This document shows positions 45,880 through 61,037 of a stretch of 64,000 nucleotides of DNA, in pieces (within the stretch, counting starts at the first letter, position 1; every line of letters starts with the position of its first letter). A program made the translations under genes and the position numbers. The notes beneath the pieces were generated by a model. It saw nothing but the letters and a program-made list of their open reading frames with translations, was not told the DNA's origin and searched no databases. This DNA comes from the human T2T-CHM13v2.0 reference genome, Homo sapiens, in NCBI RefSeq assembly GCF_009914755.1, contig NC_060927.1, one strand, 5' to 3'.

Positions 45880-45995
45880 AGTTACTTGGGAAGCTGAGGC
45901 AGAAGCCCAGAAGTTTAAGGTTTAAGGCTATAGTGAGCTATAATCATGCCAATAAATAGCCACTGCACTCTAGTCGTGCAAACATAGTGAGATTG
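45880..45995 (+). mobile_element. FAM/7SL-derived monomer
   Basis: 'aatagccactgcactctag...aacatagtgaga' matches the 7SL/FAM 3' end. Confidence 0.7.
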
Positions 45996-46019
45996 TTTTG
46001 TTTTTTTTTTTAAAGGTGG

Positions 46020-47050
46020 TAGGAATATTGATTTTGACTACATTAAATCTTTTATGAAATAAAACACACAAATAATTTGAAAGATAATTCTAGACTATAA
46101 GAAGATATCTATATCACATAAAATAAATGATTATGATCATGTATATATTAATAAGTTGTACAAATCAGTAAGAAAAATATAAATATGTTTTGCAGATAAA
46201 GGAGTCTGAATAGTCATCAATAGATGAGTATTTATTCAACTTATCTGGTAATCTGAGAAACACAAACTAAAGAAATATCAAGCAATAAGCATAAAATTGG
46301 TGTAAGTTAATATTATAAAATTTACATGAAATGAAATGTTAACTGCTGATAAGAATATGAAGAAGTGTTAACTCTCATACTCAATAGTGTGACTATAAGT
46401 TGGCATTATCATGCTGAGAATATTTTCCTATCTTGTAGAATTTAATATAAAGAATTTTATTATAAAACAATGCTGATGTCATGTCGATACAATGATATCT
46501 CTTGAGTATGAGTTTAAGGAAACATATTCATGAAAAGTGAGTGAAGAATTATTTCCAGTGGTAAAAATATAAATATACTAAGCAACTATCAATAGAGTAA
46601 AGGAAAAATAAAATATGAGATATTCTGAAATTTAAATTTTACATAGCACTTAAATTTTATGAACATGACCTATTCATGTTTACATGGATGACATGTGTGA
46701 AAGAAAGTTCAGAGGTATACTTTGAGTATATTTCTGAGTATTGTGCAGTTTATGTAAATATTAAAATCTCAAATTAAGATCTTTAATGGATATATACTAC
46801 AAATTGTAGTGAAATATACAAGCATTGACAAAGCATTTAAACCCAAATCCTTCAGGATCAGGATTTTGTTAGTAGAGAGAGGAGAATACATTTCAATGGA
46901 AAATCTAACTAATTTTTAATAGATCTATAAATATGACTTAATCTTAGTACTTGTTAAATTTGAAAGTTAAAAACAAGACTGTTATTAAATTTCTGTCTTC
47001 ACTTTTTTGTTTACTTCAAATATTTCGTGATTTAAATTTTTTCTTGAAAA
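46020..47050 (+). mobile_element. Degraded L1M(E) 3' region
   Basis: A-rich, with L1 3' motifs ('aactctcatac', 'actatcaatagag'). Confidence 0.5.
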
Positions 47051-47312
47051 ACATTGATTTAGGATACAAAATAGAAGAACAAAAATAATATTTCAGAAAC
47101 AAATTTGTATATGTGCAAAGATTTGTGACCAAAGATGGCTCTTGCTGTTTTGTGAAAGAACTATTTAAGAAATCTCAAACACTAAGCAATGAGGAAAAGC
47201 AGGAAACGACCTATATTGCTTTCAAATAATAGGCAGGTATTAAGAACAATGTGTTAGCTCTTGGACAAACTAAGGAAGATTAAACAAGCCCACATTATGC
47301 AATGTGTTATTC

Positions 47313-47667
47313 CAGGGGTCCCCAACTCCTAGGCTGTGGAGGTATGTGGCTAGCCTGTTAAGAACCACACTGCACAGTCATGGATGTGAGCCAGGATGAG
47401 AGGGATAAGGGGGTGAGCAAGCATTACCACCTGAGCTTCACCTCCTGTCAGATCAGCAACAGGATCAGATTCTCATAGGAGCCCAAACCCTACTGTGAAC
47501 TATGCATGCTAGGGATCTAAGTTGTGCAGTCCTTACAAGAATCTATCTAATGCTTGATGATCTGAGGTGGAACAGTTTCATCTCAAAACCATCCACCACC
47601 CCCATCCTGAGAAAAAATTGCCTTCCAGGAAACTGGTCTCTGGTGCCAAAAAAGTTGGGGACTGCTG
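47313..47667. mobile_element. MER1 (hAT-Charlie) non-autonomous DNA transposon
   Basis: TIRs caggggtccccaac ... gttggggactgctg. Confidence 0.85.
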
Positions 47668-47999
47668 TGTTATTCCATTTACTTTAATATATACAGTATA
47701 CATTTTTTCATCAAATGCTGAAATATCTTGTATACGAAGCCTTAATATGAGGATGTGTGTATCTCTTCTTAAACATTTGAAATGAATATAACAAGCTGTT
47801 AATAGCACTTATTTCTGGGAAGTGGATTGGATTGGATATGAAGAGAATTAATTACTTATTATTCTTTTAATAATAACTTTAAAAGTTTTTTTTTAAACTC
47901 AAAAACACACAATAAAAGAAATGAGTACAAGAAAGGTGGAGTATACATTTACAAGCCAAACTTGAGTATTTTGTCTTTTTTTCCCTAATTCTCATTTAC

Positions 48000-48247
48000 A
48001 AGGACATTTTCAAAGATGAGGTTTGCCTTTACTCAACCCATTAATTAATAATCCATTAAGAAGAAAATCAATTCTGAATTTCCATAGACAAACTGACACT
48101 GAAGCATAAATGAGGATTTTTATAGGACATGTCATGTCACAATGCTGTACAGTGGCTTTCAATGCTTTGAATCCAGATAAAGAAGCCAAATTGCTGGACA
48201 CAATGTGATCATTTTGATACAAAACTTCGTATATTGAACTATCACAT
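48000..48247 (-). pseudogene. Pseudo-exon
   Basis: Acceptor 'ttctttattgtaag|' and donor '|gtaaat'. Open frame CDSSIYEVLYQNDHIVSSNLASLSGFKALKATVQHCDM..., overlapping ORF 48010..48222. Confidence 0.5.
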
Positions 48248-51200
48248 CTTACAATAAAGAAATAACTATCATTTTGTTGTTTCTATTTTTGTCTTGTATT
48301 TAAAGCTGTAAAATTTGAATCTGGGGATTTATTTTATTTTTTAAAACAGAACCTTCAGAAGAAAGTGTTCAGTAATTAGCTCATGTTAGTTTCAGTTGCT
48401 GGATTGATTCCCAGGTCTTAGCCTTCTCTCCTGTGGGAAATTTTGATCATAAAATTCAAAGGCTGACCTTGGTTTTGATTTTATAAGGAATATTATATTC
48501 AATTCGACCTTCACAATCTAGATGGAAGGAAGATGAAAGGCTTAGCTGAAATTGAACACTATGCCTACAGTCCAAGAAAGAAAGAAAATAAAAAGTTAAA
48601 CTTTCAGAATAATAAATTATACATGAGAAGATACATGCTAATAGTATAATCTGAAGTCACCAGATTTTCTGCATTATGTGAACTTGTAGGTGGTATATTA
48701 TTTGAAAGGTAATAATGTCTAAAAAAACAGTGAATAGCTTTATGGAGGAAAAAAGTTTTCTTAATTTTATAATTTCACATTGTACAAAACACTTGCACAA
48801 ATTATTTCTATACAAATGGTAGCTTAAATTACCAGAATTTTAGATATTATTTAACTTATTTTTGTACATGTGCAAGTGCTATACACACTATTTTGTCTTT
48901 ATAGAAATTGATAAAAGTTTATTGAGAAAGTATCTATAGGCATGTACTTATTTAAAACCTCATTCTAGGAAAAATTACCAAGTACTAATTTTTTAAGGAA
49001 AGTATTCTTTGTATCAATTGATAATCCTGTGACCCATTTTTTTTAAATGTCACTTGTTTTGATTAAAATATTGCCAAACACTCTCATTCACAATTGAAAC
49101 TCTTTAAAATTTAGATTTTAAAAATATGCTATGATAATTGGAGTTTTGTAAGAAATAAAAGTAAAAAAAAATTAAAGCATGGTATAGGACAGCAGGTAAA
49201 ACATCTTATCAGTTTGCCAAGAAAAAGATAATTTGTCACATTCTGAGGGAATAAACTTTTTGTCATCTTTAAGTGCCAAGAACAAGGTGGTTTCTGTCCT
49301 TGATGTCCCTTTTACCCTTGATCAATATTTTTATTTTTTATTACATTAATGTCAAAATTGCTTCCTTTGAGAAAGAGCAAAATGGTGTCATCTGGATACC
49401 ACACCCCATAACCTCACTGGTGAACAGTGCAGCTCTGCCCAGGATCAGGCTATCCCATGCCAACAGTTGATCCTAAAACATGAAAATCTACTTTGCTTCA
49501 TAAATTATTACTAACATTATTATTTTTTATTTAAAATATATTCTACACTTTTAAAGTATTTTCGTATTTGTGAGTAGTCACAGCTTGATTATGGAAACAG
49601 AGTAGTGTAACCAGAGGATGACATACTGCAAGAATTACATATTCATTCCCCAGTATTTGAGTGTAAATGAAGCCTGAATCATAAAAGTTATATGCCGAGA
49701 TTCCAAATAAACAATGTCAGAGTAAATTTTCCTATGAATGTCAAATTGGACATTTTCTGATTTGATGCTGTGTCAGTTTTGTAAAGTGTTCATCACAGTG
49801 GCAGAATAATTTAGAAAAGTCAGCTGTGTTCTGATAATCAGTAATAGGTATGTTTCCTTATTCATTCCAAGATGATAGATATGAACATATATGTTTTTGC
49901 TTCAGGTTCTGTCATAACTCAGACTGAAGTTTAAGTTAAAGAAAAATACCTCTACCCTCAATCCCCATCCAGATTTCTCCTCTTAAAAGCCTATAGCTAG
50001 TCATTAAAGCAATAAATATTTAATGATTGCTTAATAAGTTCTCAATGATTTTAGGAATAATGTAACCGTGATAGGACCCTAGACATGTAAGATACAGAGA
50101 AATAAATATAAAAATGAGGCTGTAAATTATAATGAAAAGTGAGAAAGTTTTCATGTATAATATACATTTATTTCATTTGGTGTCAACGTTAGTGATAATG
50201 ACTACAGTAATTGTTCATAAGTATTAAGTTTTTATGGTGTGTCCTATACTGGGATATATAATTTACACATATTATCTATGCAATGCTCATAATCACAACA
50301 TGATGATTCTAATATTATAGCTGAGATAAAAGTGAAACTATGACATTAACTAATTTGCAAGTAAATGTTGGAACCAAAATTTTAATTCAAGATCTGCCTA
50401 AACACAAAAAGAGACATAGGTAATCATTGAGATATTATATATGTATACAGACATAATCAAATAGAGCAAAGGAAAAAAATAATGTTATTACAATACAGTA
50501 CTGCCTTTAATTTAAAGGACATTTAATATGTATGAAGAAAATAAAAAGATAATCCTTTCAGATGGAGGAATTAAAAAGAAGGAGAATGCCAAGTTCGAGA
50601 TATAGAAGTGGACTTAGGTGAAGTTTTTATAAATCTTTTAAAGACTGGGAAATCAAAATGACAACAGACCCATGACCTACTTCCTTGCACTAGCCAGAGT
50701 ATATGTGGAAGACCAGCTTTGGTACATTAAAGAAGTCTCAAGCAGAGATACTTGACAAAATCCCTGGCACACAATATGACCCAAAAGCAGGGGAGCCACC
50801 TGACATTAAGGAAGACTGAATATTTGGAAAATGGGCACACCAGAGGTATCTGATGTAGACCGATGACACACGGGCTTTCCTCATATGTTACTACATGGCA
50901 TGAGACCCTTGTAAGTATCACCTCTTCCTGATAGTCTGGGAGAAGGTTCTCTTTAAGACTGAGACTGAATTTCTACCATCTTGGTGGGATGATTTAAATT
51001 CTATTTCAAAAAGTGAAAGGAATGCAGTATGTATATTCATAAGTTATGGTGTAAAATTCTTATTTTCTAATTATGGAAGCTTCATCATCAAATGGGTTAC
51101 AATTACAGTGCAGTAAATTTTTAATAAGAAACTAAATTATAACACTAATAATTGGAAATGGTTATTTTTGAGACAATGGGTGTGACCCTGATGGAGAATT

Positions 51201-52841
51201 TATGCATAAACATAAATGTCATATTTCATAATTTTTAGTGGATGGAGAATTATCAGCAAACTATGATAAGAGGAATTCTGAAACATTGTTATATATGACT
51301 TTGCCCAATCCTAGTGGACATAGAGTGTTCAGCAGATATATGTACAAGAATGAGGAAAGGTCTCCTTATAGGTTTCTGATAGTATTAAATTTGTGATTCC
51401 CAATAAATTCTAAAGAAAAGAGGGGTAAGGAATATGCTTTTTAAATTTTCTCTAAAATCGCATTTTAAAACAAACAAAAATAAACAGCTCTTCTATAAAA
51501 TGAAGGAACAAGTAATGCCCAAAGTTATCAATGTTCTGGAAAAAAAGGCCACCTTTGTTTTCCTCATTGGAAAATATCACAGAAGTTAGGCGCTCACAGT
51601 TTGCAAAGATCACCAAGACCATGGGGGAAATAACAAAACAGTAGAATTTCTGATGTTTTACAGAAATGAAATTCCTTTGTTTGGATAGCAGATATTTGAA
51701 TCTTGATTATGGCATTTTGTTACCATTCTGAGGCATTTGAAAATATGCAGGAAGTACTAATAGTGTGTTTCCTTGTTGTGTCAGGGTGAAAGTGTGTATG
51801 TGCAGAAAGCAATGGCATTGGTGCAATGGCTTTAGAAGATCAGCTTTAAATTTTAAACCAAGATAAAAGTACTCAAAACATGAAAATATTCAGTGAAAGT
51901 GGCTTAATAGCTGAACATTTTAAGTTTTTAATGCCCTGTAAAATCTGGAAGAACTCAGATTAAATTCCTAAAGTTTTACCAGAAGCTAGAGAAATAGTGA
52001 TTTTGTGTAATATTGAGGCTAGAGACTTATAGACACTGGATCTGGGAGTTTTGGAGCTAGGAATACAAATCCCACATAGAACATGTGCGTATTGGGATAA
52101 AACTGGGCACAACAGTCCTCTGAAAGTTCTGCTTAATTTAAAGGTTGTCTTCTGCTTCTTTCAATTGCTGAAAATAGTAAATTGAGATAAACCATCTCTC
52201 TGAGTAATTAAGCCTTGACCACTTCAAAGACACCAGACACTGCCAGTGCACATAAAGACTAGTTACACAAATTACAACTTTGAGGCATTTATATCCCCTC
52301 AGAAGCCTATTGTTTAGATAATTGAATCCTGGAACCTTAAAATAAAAAATAATATTTATTTTTCTAATAGCACAAAAACATATAAATAAAAAGAATAAAT
52401 TTTGCACAGTTGTTTGCTGTTGGTCGTTTTAATGTGGATTATTTTCATCACCTTGTGTATGTTTTCTTTTCTTGTCAATATTTCTATTAAAATATATATT
52501 CCTTTCATACTTTAAAGTATTTTTATTTAAATGTTTGATCTTTGTTTACTATAAAGCATAGTTGAAACATGTTGTTTGGACTAGGATTTTAAGAGTGTTT
52601 CAAGAATGAAAGGGGGCTTAAAGTTTGATCTAACACTAATGCAAGACTAGTAATTTTGTCATACAGAGACACACAATATGTATTTGAATACAGGATGATG
52701 TATTGATATTATAAAATTTTATTTAACAAAACAGATATTACTGAATCCTTTGTCTAGCCATATCTATTCTAAATTTCTCTAGGGAACTAAACGTGAGAGG
52801 AACAGTGACAAATGCAAAATCAAAAATGCATTTATGGATAA

Positions 52842-53191
52842 AATCATGCAAGACATAAAAATATTTCAGTCAATGACACACTGCATATAAGATGGTGGTC
52901 CCATAAGATTATAATACTGTATTTTTACTGGATTTTTTCTATATTTAGGTGTTTTTAGATACGCAGATACTTACCATTGTGTTGTAATTATTTATAATAT
53001 TCAATATGGTAACATGCTGTACAGAATGATAACCTAGGAGCCATAGGCTATATCATATAGCCTAGATTTATAATAGGCTATACCATTTAGGTTTATGTTA
53101 AGTATATTCTGTGATGTGTGCACAATGAGAAAATTGCCTAATAATACAATTTTCAGAATCTTCTTCTGTTGTTAAGTAATGCATGACTGTG
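52842..53191 (+). mobile_element. Tigger3a/MER7-type DNA transposon
   Basis: 'ggtggtcccataagattataatactg' and terminal 'gttaagtaatgcatgactg'. Confidence 0.85.
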
Positions 53192-54390
53192 TCTAGTTGT
53201 GGGAAATATCCAAAGCAGAGATTCATTCATAGTCAGGGCATGAGTTTTGGTCTTAAAGCCCTGCCATTAATCCCAGTTTACCAAAAATCTCTCTCTAGCT
53301 ATATGACTAGCTTTTTTGTGCTGCTATACCCACAAGGTGAGACCTCATAAGATTTCATTTAATCCCATGTGAAAGAAATGAGAGAAAGAGGGGCTACATT
53401 CAATGACATGTAGAATTTTGCAATATCCTCAATACAGGCTGTTTTTAAAGACATAGCATTCTACCATGAAATAAAACTGAAGAGTTAGTCTTTACTGTTC
53501 AGGAAAAAAGAAAAAAAGAGTAGTAAGATATAATTTGGTAGGCTTGTATTTGAGATATTTCTGGTTATTCACAAAAATGTAGTTTAAGAAAATATTTGCA
53601 TGTCTTAACACTGTAAATTTATGACAGATTCTTAACTCACAATAGTTCTTGAAAAATGCTTACTATTAAGTGAAATAGTAATCTAGTAAGAGATGGCATC
53701 AATGTAAATCAACCATTATTTCAAAACAACATCAACAGCCATGCTTTAAGAAAATTTAGAAAGGTTATAAAACATCATATGTGTTATATTAGAAAGTCCT
53801 TTATTGAAGCAAGGGCACTCTATCTCACTTGGGCACAAAAGGAGGAAAGATATACAAACTAGGGATAACCGAGTGACTTGCATAGATGACCATAAGTTGT
53901 GAATGAATAATTTGACTATGTTTTGCACTCTTTTATTTCATAAACAGATATTGTAGTTATATTTTCATAGAATATTCTGCTTAAGAGTATGTTCATTAAT
54001 TTATTCATTCATCCACTACTTATTGATTACTTTAGATAAAACTTTTAAGAACTTGGGTACAGTGTTTAAAAGAACAAAAAGAGTTCCTGCTGTCACAAAT
54101 ATTAAATGTGAGGAGACATTTACCCAATCTATTGATAAATATGTGCAATAAGATAGCACCAGAGAGTAGTGAGATAGAGAAGGGGCACGGGAAAATGTCA
54201 GGCATTTCCTCTATAAGAAGGTGACATGTACATGTTGCACAATGCACAATAAATAGAAAAACAGAAAAAAATGAACTATAAAATATATGTACACTCTTAA
54301 TTGTTTGCATATGTAATCTATTTATCAGGGGAATGTGTTAGGCTTTATAATTCTCATTTTAAGGAAAGCAAACTCATTTAACTTCCTCAG

Positions 54391-55075
<685 letters not shown>

Positions 55076-55129
55076 ATTCAGATAACACAGTCCAATATAA
55101 TATAGGAAAAATACACACACACAGCAGAG

Positions 55130-56060
55130 AAGGTTGGGCTAAAATATTGAACTGATTTTAAACCAAGCAGACAAACTAAGATATTTTTCTGGGAGAAATA
55201 GGATTTTATAAAGTTATTTTCTGACGAGCAATTGGGAGGATGGTAGTGCCATATTTTACAATGAGAAAGACAAAGAAATTATAAGATTTGCGAGTATCAA
55301 AAACTTTATGGTTGACATGTGTTCTTAAAATACTTTTAAAACAATTCAGCAGAAATTTCTAAGGCAGTTGGATAAACAATTCCAGAGCTCCGGGAGAGGG
55401 ATAAATTAGAAATATAATCTTGTGGAGCATCCACATAAATAATATTACTTAGGAAGATTAAAGAGACACTGTTAGAGTCCAAAAGAGATTCCTGAGAATT
55501 TAACACTGAGACGTATAAGTAGAAAAGAGGAGAAACCTGTAAGAATAGCAGAAGAAATGGTCAGCATGGTGCTAGGAAAATTGATCAATGCCAGAAGTCT
55601 AGAGAAAAAAGCATTTCACATCAGAATATATAATAACTCAGGTGAAGAGGTGCAGGAAGATTGATTAAAATTAAAAGAGAAGTTGATCCATAAAATCCTT
55701 GAGTAATTTTAATACTTAAGAAGTAGACAAACAAAAGGAACAATAAAAAATATTAAGAAAGAATAGCTGTAAAAATAACCAAATACAGGAGCCTGTAGTA
55801 ACATGAGGGGTTAGTGGGGGAAGAGAATTTTGAAGGAAGAAATGATCAAATATGTCAAATATTGCTTTAAAAAGGCTAACAAAAAAGAACAAACTGTATC
55901 TATTGGAATTAAAAGCATACAGATTATTGGAGACCTTGGTATTTAAAAGCTGTGACTGGAACTGAAGCCAGCTAGAGTGAGTTAAAAATAACTGGGAAGT
56001 AAGGAAGTGGAGACCAAAAATGAAATCAATTCTTTAATGAGGTTTTCAGTCCATGGAAGC
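55130..56060 (-). mobile_element. L2 fragments
   Basis: Purine-rich antisense L2-like sequence ('aggcagttggata', 'ggaagtggagac'). Confidence 0.5.
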
Positions 56061-56107
56061 AGCATCCTCAATGTTCTGAAAAGGGTCAACTTTGATCTGT
56101 CACTTAC

Positions 56108-56294
56108 AGGGATAGGTTTTTAGCCACTGTGGGTCACTTTCCTCTTGGACTGCAAAATTCTTCCATTTCCCATTCTTTGCAGGATTTTTTCAATGCTCCA
56201 GTCACTCTTTTCACAGTCTTGTTTCCTTTATAATTTTTGTTGTGTTTTGTTTTTCCCAATAAAGGTAGACTTGAAGGGACAATCCAAACAGAAA
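56108..56294 (-). pseudogene. Pseudo-exon
   Basis: Acceptor 'atactttcag|' and strong donor 'CCCT|gtaagt'. Translation FLFGLSLQVYLYWEKQNTTKIIKETRL*KE*LEH*KNPAKNGKWKNFAVQEESDPQWLKTYP; all three stops are TGA. Confidence 0.55.
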
Positions 56295-57153
56295 CTGAAA
56301 GTATCAGAATGTAAACTAATTGGATTTCATCATAATTTTTATATAAAATTGATTTAATTTGTAAGGAATCTGAACTTAATGAAAATGTATAATGATCATA
56401 ATACATAATCTGTTTTCTTGTATTGATGATCACAGTGGTTAATTACGAAGTGGATGCTCCCAAAATCACAACCTGTTTAAGGTCTAACACCTGATACTAT
56501 ACTGGTACAAATTAGAGAGCCCTATGTGAGCCTGATAGATTTTCTCCTGGGTATCATATCAGAGCATGTTCCTGTAGAGCAACCTAGGACTAGTTACATT
56601 CCCATTTCAAAGAAGGGTGTACCTTGAAGGGACATAATCAGAATCACGTACAATTACATCCTTGGTGCAAACCAGCACAATAAAGCCAGCCTCATTTTCC
56701 TATCTGGTTCTTCTCTACCTTTTTTCCCCCTAAAAATCTAATTATGAGTTTAGGATACACCCTTGCAGTCTACAAACTTGCTCTTCAGTGATACATTATT
56801 ACATATCACAGCATCTGTGTTGGCGCCTAGATCAAGGGAGTTTTGGAACCTAAATCTAGTCCCAAAATCTTTCTAAATAATTCTTTTGTGAAACCCAGGA
56901 CTCCACTGCAAATTTTACCTGGGGAAAACATTCTTAGTAGAACTGATAAACTTGCTAATTAAAGCATAACAATGACCCTCTATCACATATATTTTAGAAG
57001 GGTTGACGGTAGGCCAAGAAAGTTAATATTTAATTTTTGTGTCAAATAAATATACACTAAAATGTAGCATCATTTGCTATCTTAGTTTTATGATAGAATT
57101 AAAATCTCCAGATAATTCCTCAAGTCTCTTGCTTTTTAAAATTATACTTTTAC

Positions 57154-57520
57154 TTGTGGATTTATCATTCTCCAGACTTGCTCTTGCATGAAGAATATTT
57201 TGCAATCTCTTTAGCTGCTGCAAAAAGCCCATCCTAGAATATGAGGTACCAATTTCATGCAGGATTTTCAATAAAAGAAGAGTGACATCCACACAGATCC
57301 AGAGCTCAGCCTGTTCCATCAGACTGATAATACTCTCCCAGCTTCTCAGTCTGAAATATGTCCTCCTGCTGGTCCTCATTATTAACACCTTCAGTGATGC
57401 CCTTTCAAGCCTGTTGTCATACAGCGGGCAGTATCTCAGTGCTGTCAGGAGCATCATTATCGTCTCTGTAAATGAATACACAGGCATCTGACCCCAGAAC
57501 CTCTCAAAGCTCACTAGTCT
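57154..57520 (-). pseudogene. Pseudo-exon encoding most of one RGS-like domain
   Basis: Acceptor 'ttccttgcag|AG' and donor 'CACAA|gtaaaa'. Translation TSEL*EVLGSDACVFIYRDDNDAPDSTEILPAV*QQA*KGITEGVNNEDQQEDIFQTEKLGEYYQSDGTG*ALDLCGCHSSFIENPA*NWYLIF*DGLFAAAKEIAKY, resembling the RGS motifs L..VL.....F.., Y...G...L.L and LF.AA..EI. Confidence 0.65.
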
Positions 57521-58544
57521 CTGCAAGGAATGTTGAGACAGGGAAAAAAGTGTGTGGGTCTGTATCTAAACAAACATATATATTTTTTACACTTCGACTA
57601 TATTCCCCTTTCTGGTTCTGTCTCTGAATACAAATATATTTAGAGATATATTCATAGAGACATATTAGTATATATGTATCTAATATGTAAAATGATGCAA
57701 TTTAAATTAAAATTACAATCTTTCTGTTATAGTTCCTCAAAGTAAATGTAGTTGAGAATAACAATATTATAGATGCTTATTTCCTTGCCTTTTATTCTTT
57801 TTCATCTTCTTATGAATGGTATATAATGTGCTAAAAATAAAATAAAACCCGCTTTAGTGACATAAAGAGTATCAATTTTGTTTATTTTTTTAAGATTTTC
57901 ATTAAAATATAAAAAGTGATGTATCTCAGTGATATTTTCTGAACTAGTAAAATAGTATCTTTTTAAAATGTCTAGAATTATAATTGTTTTTGTAGGCACA
58001 TCTGCGTAAAGGAGAGGGCAAATTGTGGTGGTGTATAGGTAAATATACAGATATAGAAATAATAAAGAATTTAAAAAATAGACAATGTGACGTTTCCAGT
58101 GGTAATTAGACTAGATTTTAGAGCATCAAAATTGAAGAAACACTGCTCTGGGCCTTAGAATAGAATGCAAACTGAGAATGACACAATTTTTAATGGAAAA
58201 AAAAAGCTAGTGAAATCTCAACTCTAGAGATTACAATTCATTATATCAGTGATTTACCTTTTTAATATTAGAACATGCAATATAAATATCTGTATAGATT
58301 TCTAACAAGGTAATATTTAAATAAGTTCATTGTGAATAAACCACATTGAATAAATGTGATTACTGTCCATGAAAACATCTTTGTAAGAGGGAATTAAAGA
58401 GGTCAAATGACTAGAAATACCTAATAAAAAAGAACTATTTATTTTAAAAATATTTTACTTTTTGTATTATTTCATATAACTCTAGTTATATCTATATATG
58501 TGCATTATATATATATATAAATTATATATAGACATATTTATACT

Positions 58545-58833
58545 TATTTATTTAGATACAGGGTCTCACTCTGTTGCCTAAGCTGCAGTGCAGTGGTGCA
58601 ATCATAGCTTGCTGCAGGCTTGAACTTCTGAACTTAAGGGATCCTCTCACCTCAGCCTCCCAAGTAGGTGGGACTATAGGTGTGCACCACCAGGCCCAGC
58701 TAATTGTTTTATTTTTTGAGAGACAGTCTCCTTTTGTTGTTCAGCCTGGTCTTGAATTCCTGGGCTCAAATGATCCTCCCACCTCGGTTTCACAGGGTGC
58801 TGAGATTACAGGGCTGAGCCATTGCACTGAGCG
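58545..58833 (-). mobile_element. AluJ
   Basis: 'gcaatcatagct' and 'ctgggctcaaatgatcctccc'. Confidence 0.9.
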
Positions 58834-59368
58834 ATAAATACATGGTTTAAATGTACTGAAAGCTGTCATCTAGAGTAGTGACTATATGGTACAATATTTG
58901 TTATCTATGAAAAAAACACATTTCCTGATTTCTATTTAAGAAGTGATCTTTCATATTTCTCATAATCAAGGTAAATAATATAATACATTGCTCTATTAAA
59001 AACAATAATTATAAGATACATACACATATTATTAGTAAAAAATATGTATTATGTTCACTACGTGATATTTTATTCTGCACCCTTTCAATTATGCTAATCC
59101 ATGAAGATGAATACATGAACACGATTTTATAACATATAGTATAAAATATTCATTTGTTTGGTTGTATTGGCAGAAATACCAATGCCAGGAATAAAAGTGA
59201 TTCACTGCTGAGGGAAATTTTGAACCAGATTAAGAACTTTCTGACCTTTCATTATGCACTACTGCACTTGTTTCTGAGAAAATAGGAGTCATGTAGATAT
59301 ACTGGATTTTCCAGTAAGTTATGTAAAAGAGATTATATAGCAATACTTTACAGTAAATCATTATTTTA

Positions 59369-59715
<347 letters not shown>

Positions 59716-60859
59716 TTAATTGACAAATGCTACATTTATACTAGCTGGCTAATTTGCAGCATATCAGAAAGAACCATATACAACACACAAATTAAGGTTT
59801 AAAGTTTGTCCATGCTTTAGGCTGAATTCTTAACCAAACAATTGTTTTGCAAACAACTATTACAACACGTTAAAAATAAAGTGAGTTATGAGAAAAATAT
59901 ATAAATTAATCAAGTTTTATAATAAGCAAGTATTCCCACATTTAATATAAATACATATGAACATACAAAGTTTATGTGAATTAATATAATTGCTGATTTT
60001 CAAAACAGATAACAAACCTCCCAGAGTGTTCGTATGTGGAACCTGTCTTAGTCCAGCAGTGTGTCCTGGGGCTGTCTCTTTCCCTAAGGCAATGATCCAC
60101 ACTGGCTTATTCTTTGCTGTTCATAGCTGGGGGTAATAGGCATGGGGTGAAGGAGATATGCCAGACCAGAGAAAAAATGGACATGAAATATTTTTCCATG
60201 TTATCCCCAAAATTCCTAATAACATGAAATGAAAGGAGAATTATTTTTTAAAATACTCCTACTTCATAAGTTATATTGAACTGTATAAACTATATAAATT
60301 AAATTAAGCACTCTAAAACTTTGAGAAGACAGGCTAAGTGGCCATTTACTGTAGCTAAGTGTGTGTAATGGAATAGATCTACAGTATCAAGAAATTAAAG
60401 ATGTGTTTAACTGGAAAGTGAAAAAAGCTAGGTATAGAAAAATGCAATATTAAGGAAATAGCAAAGGCTTAGAAGAACTCTGTAAAGAGAGCTAGGTAAA
60501 TTTTCTAATCGACAAAAGCAGAATTTATAAATATTGATATAGAGTCTATAGAAGGATATAAAATACAATGCAATTGTAATGCATTCAAGTAAGCAACAGT
60601 GGCCTTTCTCTATTTTATTATCATTGGCAATTGGATAACAAAAGATATTGTTGCCCATGATCATATAGGATAATAAATTATGTGGCTCATCTGATGATTC
60701 TAACTTGGATTTATCAGCATCTTGTTTTAGGCAATCTAACCCCAAAATGGAAAAGGCAAACAATTACAATTTAAATAAAATTTTATAAACAGTTTTTTTT
60801 TTTTGTCTATTGATCATGCATTAATGCCGCTCCTGCAAATGATACCTCAATTTTCACTT

Positions 60860-61037
60860 TTGGAATTTACCATTTTCCCATTGAATAAAGCACATTGTAT
60901 GGGACTTCTTGAACGTAAAGCTTTGCATAATCACCTTAGAAGTAACTGAAAAGCAATCATAGATATACTGTTGAGAGTTGCTGATTTAACCAATGAATTC
61001 TTGAGCTCCAAGGATTCTTGTGAAAGTCAATTTATGA
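60860..61037 (-). pseudogene. Candidate pseudo-exon (weak)
   Basis: Acceptor 'ctccatactctcag|GTCATAAA' and possible donor 'AAATG|gtaaat'; nearly open frames; no clear motif. Confidence 0.3.

Noticed and set aside
57077-57526. 149-aa minus-strand ORF as a real CDS
   Set aside because: It starts at a non-ATG codon across a splice acceptor and has no recognisable motif; the RGS-like signal is in another frame.
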